A stretch of DNA of 64,000 bases, from positions 241,862,001-241,926,000 of the forward strand of contig OZ024743.1 in assembly GCA_964016885.1 (NCBI GenBank). The letters run 5' to 3'. Origin of the DNA: Eledone cirrhosa. Taxonomy: Eukaryota. The position numbers and the translations under genes were made by a program. How positions within the stretch are numbered: the stretch's first letter is position 1; each line of letters begins with the position of its first letter. Below, piece after piece: positions 1 through 12,189 of this stretch. Under the pieces are notes generated by a model. That model had not been told where the DNA came from. It searched no databases and saw nothing but the letters and a program-made list of their open reading frames with translations.

Positions 1-990
1 GGTCATCCAGCCAGATGCGATCCGGGATTTGTGCTATTCTTTCGGGCCTCATTTGGACTAGTATGTCGAGGCCCATTCCCAGGAACGCATCTCCAGTTGC
101 CTTCCCCATTGACAGCATTGTGTCTTCGCCCATGTCTATGAAGCCAGCAATAGCCCACCAGAAATCCATTGTAGGCAGCATTGTTTTTACTTTTACTCTC
201 TGTGTTCTTCTACCCATGTAGGAGGGATAGAAGCTGTATGTTGTCGATGAGAGTGGGCTTAGGGAAGGCTTCTCTGCCGTTTCCTTGTCTTTTGTTAGGA
301 CCGAAATGCTGCCATAGAGTCGGTCCTTTCGTATGAAGAGAATATTCTTCATATAGTCTTTTAGGACCAACTCTATTTCCATTTGGCTGGGCTGTGCTGG
401 CTTTCTTGTCTGGTTCAGTATAGTTCTGAAGAGAACTGTGCTCTCTGTTCTGGCTTTCTTGAATTCTGGGGGGGAGTTAATGGAAAACATTCCGTTCTCC
501 CCCAAGACTATTTGTTTTTTCGCTTCGGCCAGTTTTTCTCTGGCGGCAGTTAAGTCAATTGGTGTGTATGTTATGGATTGTTTTGTTTTCTGGGCGAAAG
601 TTGCCCTATTGTTATTTGTATTATTTTCTGTTTGTTTGTTTTCCGTTTGCTCATTTTCCTTAACATTTGTTTTTTCATTTTCCTTGTTTGTTTCGTTGTC
701 TAATTTTATTGTAATTATTTTTTGTTCTTCAGACTTGGGGGGGCGTGGCAGAGCTAATGGCAGACATGTCTGCCATCTTTTCCGCCATGCTGCTAAGAAA
801 GAAATTTTTCGGCAAAAATAGATATTTATTTTACCCCCTAAAAAGGGGGTAATGCAAAAATGTTTCCCTAAATAACAGGGGTTAGTGTTCCAAATGTGTT
901 GCACTGAAAAATTTATCCGGTACTTACTATAGTAAGGGTAAATCCCGATGGAATAGCGGAGCCGATGTGAAGCGTGTCTTACTCTATCAA
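1..990 (-). mobile_element. Tx1/L1-clade LINE, 5' UTR and ORF1 N-terminal part (runs off the window start)
   Basis: Minus-strand translation gives YSFYPSYMGRRTQRVKV, homologous to FTFFPTYMGKRAQK in the ORF1 at 62839-63249. The 5' end abuts a (GATA)n tract at 990-1023. Confidence 0.75.
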
Positions 991-1358
991 GATAGATAGA
1001 TAGATAGATAGGTAGATAGATAGTTAAAGCGATGTAACAACAAAGTAAATCGTATTATGTAACGAAATAAGCCGTAATGGTCATTTCGTTATAAATGATC
1101 AATGAAGCTTTTTATTTTATTAAATAGATTAAGGTGGAGTTTGTTATATGTAGGGTGTAGAATTACATGGCGTAGTAACCATTACTCAAGTGCGTCATCG
1201 ATCCAAAGACTGAAGTAGTTGTATTTATATTTGGCCCAACAAAATACCTTCTGGGTTGTGAAATTAAAGAGGCAATTTAATGCGGTTCTTAATTGGTCTC
1301 ACTATTTCATCCGGTAATTCCGAATTCAGTTATGAAAATTATAAAGTAAACAACCTTG

Positions 1359-1441
<83 letters not shown>

Positions 1442-1590
1442 ATGTGTGTGTGTGTGTGTGTGTATGTGTGTGTGTATGTGTGTGTGTGTGTGTGTGGTGT
1501 GTTAAATCTATATGTGTGTATTTACACATATATGCATACAGATATATCATACATACATGCATGCACGCATATATGCATACATACATAGTC

Positions 1591-1647
<57 letters not shown>

Positions 1648-1927
1648 CACATATATATATATGTGTGTGTATATATATATATGTTTTCCACGATCTTTAC
1701 ATTTTCCAATTAAACTCCATTCATTTCACAATTATGTAAAATACGTGTATAAATGTTACGTATGTATATATATAGAGAGAGATTTATGTGTGTGTGTGTA
1801 TGTGAGCGTCTGTGTGTCTGTATATATGTACATATATATGCATCTATATGTATGTATATGTATATTTATATATATATTTAAATATATATACACGCGTGCA
1901 CACACACACATACATATATACATATAT

Positions 1928-1978
1928 AGTTTCAGAAGATGCCGTTAAGGGTGAAAGCACCGATTCTTTGCTTAATCT
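1928..1978 (+). ncRNA. Hammerhead ribozyme-like motif (U4A core variant) in a PLE pLTR remnant
   Basis: agttt-CAGAAGA-tgccgttaagggt-GAAA-gcaccgattctttgc-TT-aatct. Near-identical to the motif at 24303-24353 in the Naiad 3' end. Confidence 0.55.
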
Positions 1979-2024
1979 GTTATTTTAATTAATATATATA
2001 TATATATATACATATATGTGTGTG

Positions 2025-2089
<65 letters not shown>

Positions 2090-2660
2090 GTATATATATA
2101 CATACTCACACACACACACCCATACATATATATATTTAACAAGATTTATAATTATGTGTAAACATAATTGCATTATACGCACAATTTAGCATCCACTCCA
2201 TAAACGCATCGCCAATTATTATATATCCCTATCAATCTACACTACCTACATATTCAAAGATCTCTCACTATAACATATAATTAACCTAAACATTAGTACA
2301 ACTCTTCATATGTTTGCACCTATTAACCTATAACAGTAAGAAAAAATTGTTAGCTACATTTCAACTTACACTTCCATGTATCAATATCTCTCTCTCTCAC
2401 TATATATATCTTGGGCGCGCCGCTGATTGCTTTTAGACGGCCTGTGTTAAGCGCCGAAACATCTTGATCTCGGTTTTACAGCTGATGAAGGATTTCTTTT
2501 CTTCTCTTGTTTCGTCCATCTTAAACTTGGTTACAGTAACGACACAGCTCCTTTTATATATATATATATATATGTAAAGTTATATTTAAAATTGTTGGGT
2601 TACAACTAGTAAATATTTATAACTGATTTAAAAGCACTCGACAAATATTTGGAGTATATT

Positions 2661-2991
2661 TACAATATTAAATAAATGGAAAACTATATTTATAAAACCA
2701 TATTTATTTCATTATACATATTTCGGGGATATCATATTAACAATATGCTATGCCTTCATCAGACAAAATACAATATAAACAGTTTTAGAGATAAATAGAT
2801 TCGACATACCGTAATAAACACCGACTTCATTTGTTTATTACGGTATGTCGAATCTATTTATCTATAAAACTGTTTATATTGTATTTTGTCTGATGAAGGC
2901 ATAGCATATTGTTAATATGATATCCCCGAAATATGTATAATGAAATAAATATGGTTTTATAAATATAGTTTTCCATTTATTTAATATTGTA
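2661..2991. mobile_element. Fold-back (inverted pLTR) PLE remnant carrying a hammerhead ribozyme
   Basis: ~160-bp near-perfect inverted arms 2661-2820 and 2832-2991 with an 11-nt loop. The right arm ends in (TA)n. Confidence 0.75.
2882..2947 (+). ncRNA. Type I hammerhead ribozyme
   Basis: tattttgt-CTGATGA-stem II (gcatatt/aatatg)-GAAA-tatgta-TA-atgaaata. Stem I pairs with G:U wobbles. A mirror copy lies on the minus strand at ~2705-2770. Confidence 0.75.
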
Positions 2992-3032
2992 TATATATAT
3001 ATATATATAATCATTATTATTATTATTATTAA

Positions 3033-5170
3033 TCTTTGAGTCTCAGTCATTGATGTTATTTAACTGGAAAGTTTGTTGAAATGAATATCAAGCCACTACC
3101 TGCAGCCTCAGATATTCAGGACGTATCGGAGGGTTCTTGCTGTTCCTAGCAAGCATGCTTTTTGAAGTGTTCCAAAAAGTGGTGCTGGACTAATTTTCTT
3201 TAACCATCCTTGGAAACTCTTTGAGATAGTATCTAGTGCGCCTATGTCAATCGGGACGACCTTGGTTTCATGGCAGTTTCAAATCCTTTTTACCTCCCAC
3301 TTTAAGTCCTGGTATCGGTTAATTTTCTCCCTCTCCTTTTCTTGCACTCTCGTGTCGAATGGGAAGTCTACATCTACAATTAGGCACGATCTTTTTTCCT
3401 TGTCCACAACCACCAGGTCAGGTCTATTGTGTTCCAGTTTCTTGTCCGTCTGTATCCTAAAATCCCATAGCACCTTCACCTTATCGTTTTCTATCACCGA
3501 CTCTGGCTTATGCTCATACCACTTCTCAGAATGTGGTAAATTGTTTACTTTGCATAGGTGCCAGTGGATCACCCTGCCCATCACATCATGTCTCCAGCCT
3601 TTATAGTGAGTCTGGGCTAGGTATTTACACTCGGATACAATGTGAGCCACAATCTCCTCTCTCCACAGATCCTACACAGTGGGCTAGCCTCCTCCTTGTA
3701 AATATGGGGTTTCACCCACTTCGTTTTGAGGGCCTGCTCTTGCGCAGCCATTAGCATTCCTTCTGTAGCCTTTTTAAGGTCTCCTCTTTTCAACCAGTTC
3801 CATGTCTGTGGAACTCTAAATTCAGTTTTCTCAAAGAAGGTACTATGAAGGGATTTTTCATGAAGGTTGCTCTTCCTCCTTGTTGTTATTTCCTCATTGG
3901 ACATCCCCTGGTCTATTGTCCTCTCCTTCAGTACAATTCTGAGAATTTGCTCCCTACTGTCGGTCACGTATTTGTGCAGGTTGTTTTTCTTCATCTGAAC
4001 ACAGTCCTCTATGCTGATAAGACCTCTTCCACCTTCAGATCTCCTTAAGTAGAGTCTATCGACATCACTCCTCTTGTGGAACATGCTGTAGATAGTCAAT
4101 AGCTTGCTAGTCGTCCTATCCATTTCTTTTTGTTCAGCAACATTTCATTTCAGAATTCCCGCACTGTACCTAATAATAGACACAGCTCGGGAATTCACTG
4201 CACTTATGACATTCCTACTATTCAGATGTAATTTTAATACGCACCTTGCTCTCCTAATGTACTCAGATCTTACCAATTCCTTCATTTTTTTTGTTCTTGA
4301 TGTCATCTGCCTCCAGAACACCTAAATATTTGTATCCTGCTTCAGTGTCAATTTCCTTTATCATCTCACCTGTTGATACCTGGATTCCGTTGCTTCTGCT
4401 CAATTTACCCCTCTTCATCACTAGGACTCCACACTTACTAATACCAAATTGCATACATATATCATTGCTGAAAATATGGACAGTGTCAACAAGCACATCC
4501 AAGTCCTTCTCACTATTCCCGAAGAGTTTAAGATCGTCCATGAAGTGGAGATGATTGATGGTAAGCTCTCTTTTTCCCAACTTGTATCCTGCTCTCACTT
4601 TTTTGCAATATAATGGTCAGGGGAATCAGAGCAAGGACAAATAACAGAGGGGACACACTATCTTCCTGGAAGATACCTCTCTTGATCTTCACGCCTCCCA
4701 AGGTTTCTCCACCCGATGTTAACTCTGTTTTCCAGGACTTCATACTCTTGCTCAACAACTGTCTGATGTTATCTGCCACCTTGAAGATCTCTAGGCTTTC
4801 GGTTATCCAAGAATGAGGTACCATGTCGAATGCCTTTTTGTAGTCTATCCATCCCATGGCAAGACCAGTGTGTCTCCTCTTGCAATTCCTCATTACCATC
4901 TTATCAATAAGTAACTGGTCCTTTGTACCACGGGACTTCTTTTGGCATCCTTTCTGTTCGTCCGGTAACAAGTTGTTTATGTGGAGGTGATGGTAGATTT
5001 TCTCAGACACAATGCTTGTTAACAGTTTCCACATTACGGACATACATGTGATAGGTCTATAGTTGGTAACATCATTACCCTTGATTCGGTCTTTCATTAC
5101 CAGAACTGTGGTACCTTTTGTCAACCACTCTGGTACCTCACCTGACATCAAGCAATCATTGAACATGGTT
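3033..5170 (-). mobile_element. R4/Dong-clade non-LTR retrotransposon (RT + RLE endonuclease), 5'-truncated and frameshifted
   Basis: RT motifs QKGCQKKSRGTKDQL, WIDYKKAFDMVPH, RGIFQEDSVSPLLF and HFMDDLKL. Zinc motif CRICG...HIVSEC. RLE motifs RHD, VLWDFRIQTD and NRPDLVVVDK. The 3' end runs into (TAA)n at 3013-3032. Confidence 0.9.
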
Positions 5171-5199
5171 GTAAGTTTCAGGTGGAGGGATGTTATATT

Positions 5200-5297
5200 T
5201 TATTATTTAACTTTGTATTTCATCCTTATTGGGTCGATAAAATAAAGTACCAGTAATACACTGTGTAATGGCTGGCCTTGTGCCAAAAGTAGAAACA

Positions 5298-5300
<3 letters not shown>
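5200..5300 (+). mobile_element. tRNA-derived SINE, 3' part
   Basis: catcc...gggtcgataaaataaagtaccag...ggccttgtgccaaaagtagaaacaat matches the SINE bodies at 26330-26515 and 43300-43405. Followed by a (TTA)n tail. Confidence 0.65.
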
Positions 5301-5329
<29 letters not shown>

Positions 5330-6684
5330 GGAGGTTGTCGTGTATGGATCTGTCCGGAATGGCGCATGTCTGCGCCTCTCCCACCAGACCCTCTACGACA
5401 AGCGCCAACCTCGTTGCTAACACCTCGGCCAAAATCTTGGGCCTGAAGTTATCGATAACATCCCCCGGGGTAAGTGAGAGAGGGTCACTTACTTTGATCG
5501 TGTGGTGAAGGGTCATGGGTGTTTCCAAGAGGATGTCAGTGTATATCCTCTTGGTAACCGACCCTCTGAAGTCTCCAACAGCGTTGGGGAATTTTTGTTT
5601 TAAAAGTTTGTACTGTTCTTTTCTGATTTCAATGATACTTATGTTTGTCGGGAGATTTCTTGGTGTTGGTGGGGTGTAGTAGTTTTTTTCTGTGATGGCT
5701 GTGTGCTGCTTTATATGTTGTATGAGTTCTTTATTTACCATGTTTATGGCTGTGTTCCTTTTGGGGAAGGGGTGATTTTGTTGCTGGTTTCTTGTTGTTG
5801 CTGTTTAAGTGTGGGTGTTTTGTTGTGTTTGCTATGTTGGTGATGCTGGTGGTGGTGTGGTTGTTGTTGGTGGTGATGCGTGTGGAGGTGATGGTGGTGG
5901 TGTTACTGCAAGTCTCCTTGCAGCCTTTACCCGGTTTTGCGCGCCCAAACGCACCGCAAGGCCTTTTGGATTTGAGCATCCGTGGCTCTCCCCACCCAAT
6001 GTGACATTTTGCTTACGGTGCGGTAAGTCACCATGCGCAGCTGCTGGTCTTTGAAGAAATCGGGTGGAGGTTTCAGGGAAACTCTATTGTCGTTTCTCGA
6101 CACCATGGTTCTTGCGACTGCCATCTTTTCCTCCGTGACTAGCACTGTTTCTATATTTCCGACCACACCTGCGAAAGAAGTGGCCCCTTTTTCAGCGGCA
6201 CCATTATTGCTGCCGCTACTGCTGCTACTGGTCTTGTTATCGGTGCTGTTGCTGTTGCTACAAACGGTGTTGTTGGTGTTGTTGCTGTTATCACTGTTGT
6301 CGTTGGTTGTGTTATTGTTGTTTTCGGTGCAATTTGTATTGTTGCTGTTGGTGTTGTCGTTGTTTATTTTCTTTTTAGTGGTGTTAATATCGTTGTTGCA
6401 TTTGTTGTCACTTTTTCTGTTGTCTGTATTTGGTTGACGTTATTGTTGTAGTTGGTGTGGTAATTTTTTCAAAATTAGTGTTCTTAGTGTTGTCGATTTT
6501 CTTTTTTAAAGTAAAGTTTTCAAATATTTGGGCTAAAAGGCCCAAATATTATACTTTCCCCTTCACAGGGCAAAGTCTAACGGCTTATATCCCTTACACA
6601 ACAAGAAATATTTAACAACAAATAACTTTAACAAGCAAATAAAGCAACTTACTGGGAGCGAGCAAAAAGCGTCCGAACAGACCG

Positions 6685-6685
<1 letters not shown>
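5330..6685 (-). mobile_element. Internally deleted Tx1-clade LINE (5' UTR, ORF1 pieces, short RT piece)
   Basis: ORF1-like LRMVTYRTVSK...QIQKALRCVWARK, the conserved domain KELIQHIKQHTAITEK...GDFR, and the RT piece GDVIDNFRP/KILAEVLATRLALVV...AQTCAIPDRSIHDNL. (TAA)n-type tracts lie on both sides. Confidence 0.8.
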
Positions 6686-6740
<55 letters not shown>

Positions 6741-6741
<1 letters not shown>

Positions 6742-7236
6742 GAGAAATGGTATGAGCATAGGCCGGAGGCGGTGATGGAGAACAATCAGGTGAAGGTGCT
6801 GTGGGATTTTAGGATACAGACGGACAAAAAAACTGGAACACAATAGACCTGACCTGGTGGTTGTGGACAAAGAAAAAAGATCGTGTCTGATTGTGGATGT
6901 GGCCTGCCCGTTCGACACGAGAGTGCAAGAGAAGGAGAGGGAGAAAATTAACCGATACCAGGACCTAAAGTGGGAGGTGAAAAGGATTTGGAACTGCCAT
7001 GAAGTCAAAGTGATCCCGATTGTCATAGGCGCACTGGGGACTATCTCAAAAAGTTTCCAGGGATGGTTAAAGAAAATCGGCCCCTTCACGCTTTTTGGAA
7101 CGCTTCAAAAGGCATGCTTGCTTGGAACAGCAAGAACCCTCCGATACGTCCTGAATATCTGAGGCTGCAGGTAGTGGCTTGATATTCATTCCAACGGACT
7201 TTCCAGTTAACCAACATCAATGACTGAGATTCAAGG
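6741..7236 (+). mobile_element. R4/Dong LINE 3' fragment (RLE domain + 3' UTR)
   Basis: VVDKEKRSCLIVDVACPFD...IPIVIGALG...LQKACLLGTARTLRYVLNI. Close paralog of 3033-3540, flanked on both sides by (TAA)n. Confidence 0.88.
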
Positions 7237-8065
7237 AATAACAACAATAATAATAATAATAATAATGATTTCTTTATTAACCACAAGGGTTTACATAAAG
7301 TAGACATTAAGGCAGTGCAGGACAATACAGGACGGTGCAAATGGGCATTTCTGCGTGTAAAAAACAAAAACAGAGTATGTAACACAAAAATAACAATGAA
7401 AAATTCCCCAATACGGGGTAGACTTGCGAGGGACATTCGTGGAGAAAGCCCATTAAAAAGCCACAGTGACCCTGACCACCAGGGCAAGTGCCCTCTCCCA
7501 GTTTTCCACCTTTAATTTACAGACACATACTCAGAGTAGGCCCATCCACTCGGGCCATTCTTGCCTCTCTCACCCATCTTTCAACGAAATGCTGGGAAGA
7601 GAGCACTTCCCTCTCTACCCTGATTTTCAGGCGGAGCTTAGAACAGGGTACGACGGTCAGGCGGTAGTAGATGACAGACGCGATGTACGCGTTAGCCACC
7701 TCCGCTCGACCTTTCAGAGATAGCTTCCTCTCCGCCCATTTCTGGGTGAGAGAAGCCACCCTGCTCGTCACCTCGTCCCAGTTTTTGTCCGTCTGGAGGG
7801 CCGGACCAAACCAGACCCTCGCAATTTAACCGATCCGTCCGTCCAGCGCCCGACGTCGCTGTTGAACGGCATGGATCTTCCTCTCCAGGTGCTGAGCTGC
7901 AGGCCCACTGACTTTTCCTGGTTGATCATTGCTCCTGTCACTGCTTCTTATTCGCTTAGTGTAGTGCTGATCGCCTCGATGTGTTTGGTGTTCGACACCA
8001 CTACGGTGACACCGTCTGCATATGCTGACACGGATCTTCCGCATCTTAGTTCGCGCGGGTCCCCC

Positions 8066-9304
8066 TCAACATCTCCAGTTTGTGCATAATGGCTCGAGAG
8101 TCACTACGTACAAGAGGGGACATCCTTGGCGGACCGAGCGCATGATGTTGAACGGTTCCGAAAGGTGACCGTTCACTCTCACCACAGAGCAGATGTCGCT
8201 GTGCATGGCAGCGATCCAGCCTCTAAAAACGGGCACAAAGCCAGCCGCCCTCAGGACTGCCGCTAGGTAACGATGGTCGACCCTATCGAAAGCTTTCGAC
8301 TTATCTAAATTGATCAAGGACCCACCCGTGCCAGGTTCCCTAGCTACACACTCTACCAGACCACCAACGACAAGCGCCAACTTCTTTGCTAGCACCTTAG
8401 CCAAAATCTTGAACTCTGTGTTTAGCAGAGTTATGGGCCTGAAATTATCTATGTTATCCCCCTTGTTCGTATCCTTTCTCAGCAGCGCCACAGCTCCTCG
8501 GCTCACAGGCCTGGGAATTCTCCCGTTCTGTTGCCAGTTGCAGTAGACGTCCGCCAAGAGGCCTCCGAACAAGTCTGGCATCTGTACGTAAAGTTCATAG
8601 GGCAGACCATCCAAACCAGGCGATTTACCCCTTGTGCAGCCAGTCATTGCCTCCCGTAATTCAGCAGCTGTTATCGGCTTTTCGCAACACTCCGCCTCAG
8701 TGGCCGAGAGCCGCGGCAGTCCGTCGAGGGAGGCACTAAAGTCTATCCCTCGATCCGGCCCGCCGCTGCCCCCGAACAGCTGAGCTAAGTGTCGCTGAAA
8801 AGCTTCACACATTTGCCCAGGTTCGAGTAGAATGCGCCCGTCGTGGTCCACCAAAGACCGGATTGTGGCTTTGTTGCCACGACACGCCTCCACCACTCGG
8901 ACCCATTGAACGGCTTTCGTCCCCTCGTGTCTAAGAGCACGCACCCTAGCTCTGACAACGCAGCCTTCGTGCTTTGCATTGAAGAATTGGTCAAGGACCA
9001 ATTTCGCCGCAAGTACGCCGGTCGCGATGCCTTTGCTAAGCGCCTCGTCTAATTTTCTAACTAGTTCTCCATCTGCTCTATTTTTCTCTATTACTAAAGC
9101 CATACTAAACCTAATGGACTCTGTTCTCATCGCTCTTTTCAGAGCAAACCACCACTTGTTGTTGACGATGGTCCCCGTCAACGCCCGCTTAACTAGTTCG
9201 CTAATCCGGTCTCTGTAGGCCTTGCGCGCTGGTAAGGACGCGTTTCGTTTCCAGTAGCCGAGTCCTCGTCTATGAACCCTATCTAAGTGAAGCACACAGA
9301 TCAC
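8066..9304 (-). pseudogene. Tx1 ORF2 linker + reverse transcriptase (partial)
   Basis: GYWKRNAS, GKSPGLDGLPYELY, NFRPITLLNTEFKILAK, NLDKSKAFDRVDH and SVRQGCPL. The AYADG (YADD-equivalent) motif is in a shifted frame near 8020. Confidence 0.9.
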
Positions 9305-9504
9305 GAATTGTGGTCCCTGTAGCTGACTATCTTGAATTGTGGACAGCCTATGCTAGACCTCTTTATTTCCCTACAAAATACTCTATCTAGATATGATCTG
9401 GATAACCCTATGCGGTTTTGCCAAGTCCACATTGGCACATTCGGGAAATCCAATCGGTACCTGTCAGACAGTTCAAAACGCCTGAGCAGGTTGCTGAAGC
9501 TCTT

Positions 9505-9981
9505 TCACCCTCCTCCCCTATCCGCTAATCCCACACAGTCCCAGCGTGCATCTAATATCCCGTTCCAGTCACCCACTAACACTAAAGAGCGGGACGTTCC
9601 AAGAAAGGTCTCCGGACGCCGTAAGAATTCAGGCCGCCCTACTCCTGTCGGTGCATAGACGGCCACGAGCCTGAAAGCTTGCCCGTTTCCGCTGGTCACG
9701 TCCAGCACCACCAACTTACCTTCTGAGTCCAGGAAGATGGCCCATATGACGAGATCCAAACCTCTCCGAAAAAGCACAGCAACTCCTCCCCCCGATCCAG
9801 GACGGCTGGGAGATGCGTACACATCGAAGATCGGTGCGAAAGCCCGTGCTTCGGAGATTCTGGTCTCGCTGATGGCCACTACATCTATGTTTAGTGACCT
9901 GAGGTCGTTGAGCAGGTGGCCCTGCTTCCATGACGACCCCAAGCCACGCGCATTTATGCTGCCTATTCTGAGTGAGGTCAT
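9505..9981 (-). pseudogene. Tx1 ORF2 APE endonuclease domain
   Basis: LRIGSINARGL, DVVAISETR, GGGVAVLF, LVAVYAP and LVGDWN. Confidence 0.9.
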
Positions 9982-10015
9982 GTTGAAATGGAGTGGAAAA
10001 GATGGGAAAGACCAC

Positions 10016-11944
10016 TTACCTTACTTCTCGTAGAGAAAGGATGGTTTCTACATCCTTTTCACTGCTTCTGGCCTCCTTCGGAAGGATGTCCTTATAAATC
10101 CTCCTGGAGAGTGCTTGTCGGAAGTCTCCGATGTCTTTGGAGAATTTTTGTTTTAGTGTCGTGTACGTTTTCTGTGTGATGCGAGTGATTTTTATTTGTG
10201 GAGGTGGTGTGAACTTTTGGGGTGTTATGTAGTCTTTTTCGGTGATGCTGGTGTTGTGTTGGATGTAGTGTAACAATTGATTGCTGTTCAAATTTAATGC
10301 TGTGTAGTGTGTTTCGTTTTGGTTGTTTTGTTTTGTTTGCGTTGTTGTGGGTTTCTTTCTGTTTCGCTTTTTGGTGACTTTTCTGGTGTTGGTGATGGTG
10401 GTGTTGGGGTTAATGATGGTGATGGTGTTGGTGTTCGTGGTGATGGAGTATGTGATGCTGGTGTGGATGGTGGCATAGCTGTCCTAACTTTTTTGTTTGA
10501 TAGTTTATTTGATAGTTTATTTGTTTCCCTCTGTATTTTGTTTTTGGAGGCGGAAGGAAGAGGATTTTTTTTCTTTTTTGGCTTCTTTTTCTTTTTTCCT
10601 GATACCGTTTCCCACTCCTCGTCGTCACAATCTATCTCCAGTCGTGATAGGTCGGCGAGTGGAAAATCCTCCACAGGCGTTGGTTTTGGTTGTGGCGTGG
10701 TGGATGGTGTAGGCGCTGGTGCTAGTTTTGGTGCGTTGGGTGGTGGTGGTGTTGGTTTTGCTACTGTTGCTGGGGTTGTTGCTGTTACAGTTGCTTCTGT
10801 TGTTGCTGCTACATTTGTTGCTGCCATTTCTGCTGCTGGTGGTGTTGATGGTTGATTCACTCGGGTGGGTAAGAGAGGTGGCCTCAACCTTTTAGCCTGA
10901 GGGCAGAAAGCCCTTAGGTGGGTTCCTTCACCACAAACGACACACCTAGGCCTTCTGCCCTCGACGATTACGGTGAGGTGGCTGCCGTCAGTGAGGTCTA
11001 GTACCTCTGGGACCTCCTCAATGCTTTCTTGGTACGCTTGAATCAGGAGCTCCATCCCAGATCCGGACCAGTTCTCCTGCTTTTCTTTTGCTATTTCTAT
11101 TATTTTGGTGTTGGCCTCGATGCCGGCGAGGACGGCAGCCATTAGCCAGGGAATTTCGATGGCCGGTGGTACGTGGGTCACCCTGATCTTTACGAGTCTC
11201 TGGCCACATTAGCTTGGGACGAGTGTGAAGTCGTCGCTTCTTAATGGGGCCATGGAGTGTTCTCTGGCCTCCTGTGATGTTCTAAAGAACACGTCCACGG
11301 TTCCATATTTCTGCTCACGTCTGATGTGGGGTTTTTGGGCCCACACATGTCCCAAATATTTTTGGATTTGGGACACGGATGCCCGTTCCACTCGACGCGA
11401 TTTTATGTTAATCGTCCGATAAGACACGGTGCATAGGCGCCGATGCTCCATTTTATTTGGTGGGGGTGAGGCTGACCCTGTACCCATCTTTCTTTACCAT
11501 TCTCTTGGCTTCGTCTAATTCCTCCTGAGTTACCTGGATTGTTTCGCATTTTTTGGCTGCTTTTGCATTGTTGCTGTTGCTGTTGTGGTTATTGTTACTT
11601 TTGTTATTGTTATTTTTAGTTTCAGTTGTGGTGGTGGTGGCGTCAGTGGTGTTCGGTGTGGAAGAGTCCATTCTGGGTGAATCCATTTCGATGTCACGAG
11701 ATAATTTATTTTTTTCTTTTGTTTCTGTTGTCGCTGTGGTGGTGGTGGGGGTGGCGGCTTCAACACCTGCAGTCATTGGTAATGGCGGGAAATGAATGTC
11801 TGCATGAGACAAATTTAAATTATTGCTACTGCTTATATTTTTTGTGTTGGCAAACGTAGTAATATTTACAATGGTGGTGTTGGTGTGAGGTGTTAGTTTG
11901 TGAGGAAGGCTCTCAGCTGCTTGGTGTAGCTGTGAGACGTCCAT
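10016..11944 (-). pseudogene. Tx1 ORF1 (RRM-like + CCHC zinc knuckle + Pro/Thr-rich tail + conserved distal domain), disrupted
   Basis: Fragments 11453-11944, 11209-11487 (KYGTVDVFF), 10294-11181 (RCVVCGEGTHLRAFC = CX2CX4HX4C) and 10016-10291. Confidence 0.8.
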
Positions 11945-12189
11945 GATTTTTTCAAAGAAATTTTTTATTTGATAATTATAAAAGTTTAAATTTTGGGCTT
12001 AAGGCCCCAATCTTTTTGAGTGTCCTTTTCCGAAAGCAAATTTTGTGACTTTATAAACAGTTAACAACAAAAATTTTCCATAAATGGCAATTTTAAACAA
12101 ACGAAAACAACAAACCTTTGCGGACCTCACGATGATACGATTTCCTACGTAGCTCGCCAATAATAATAATAATAATAATAATAATAATT

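Larger units (their letters stand above)
7268..12158 (-). mobile_element. Tx1-clade LINE with both termini and internal deletions
   Basis: Order on the minus strand is 5' UTR, ORF1 (11944-10016), APE EN (9981-9505), RT (9304-7630) and a 3' UTR with AATAAA. Both ends lie in (TAA)n. Confidence 0.92.

Noticed and set aside
1280-2182. YI/CV/HT-repeat ORFs here and throughout the window
   Set aside because: They are translations of (TA)n, (TG)n and (TC)n microsatellites.
2410-2555. Possible hammerhead (CTGATGA at ~2483)
   Set aside because: I could not identify a downstream GAAA with pairing stems.
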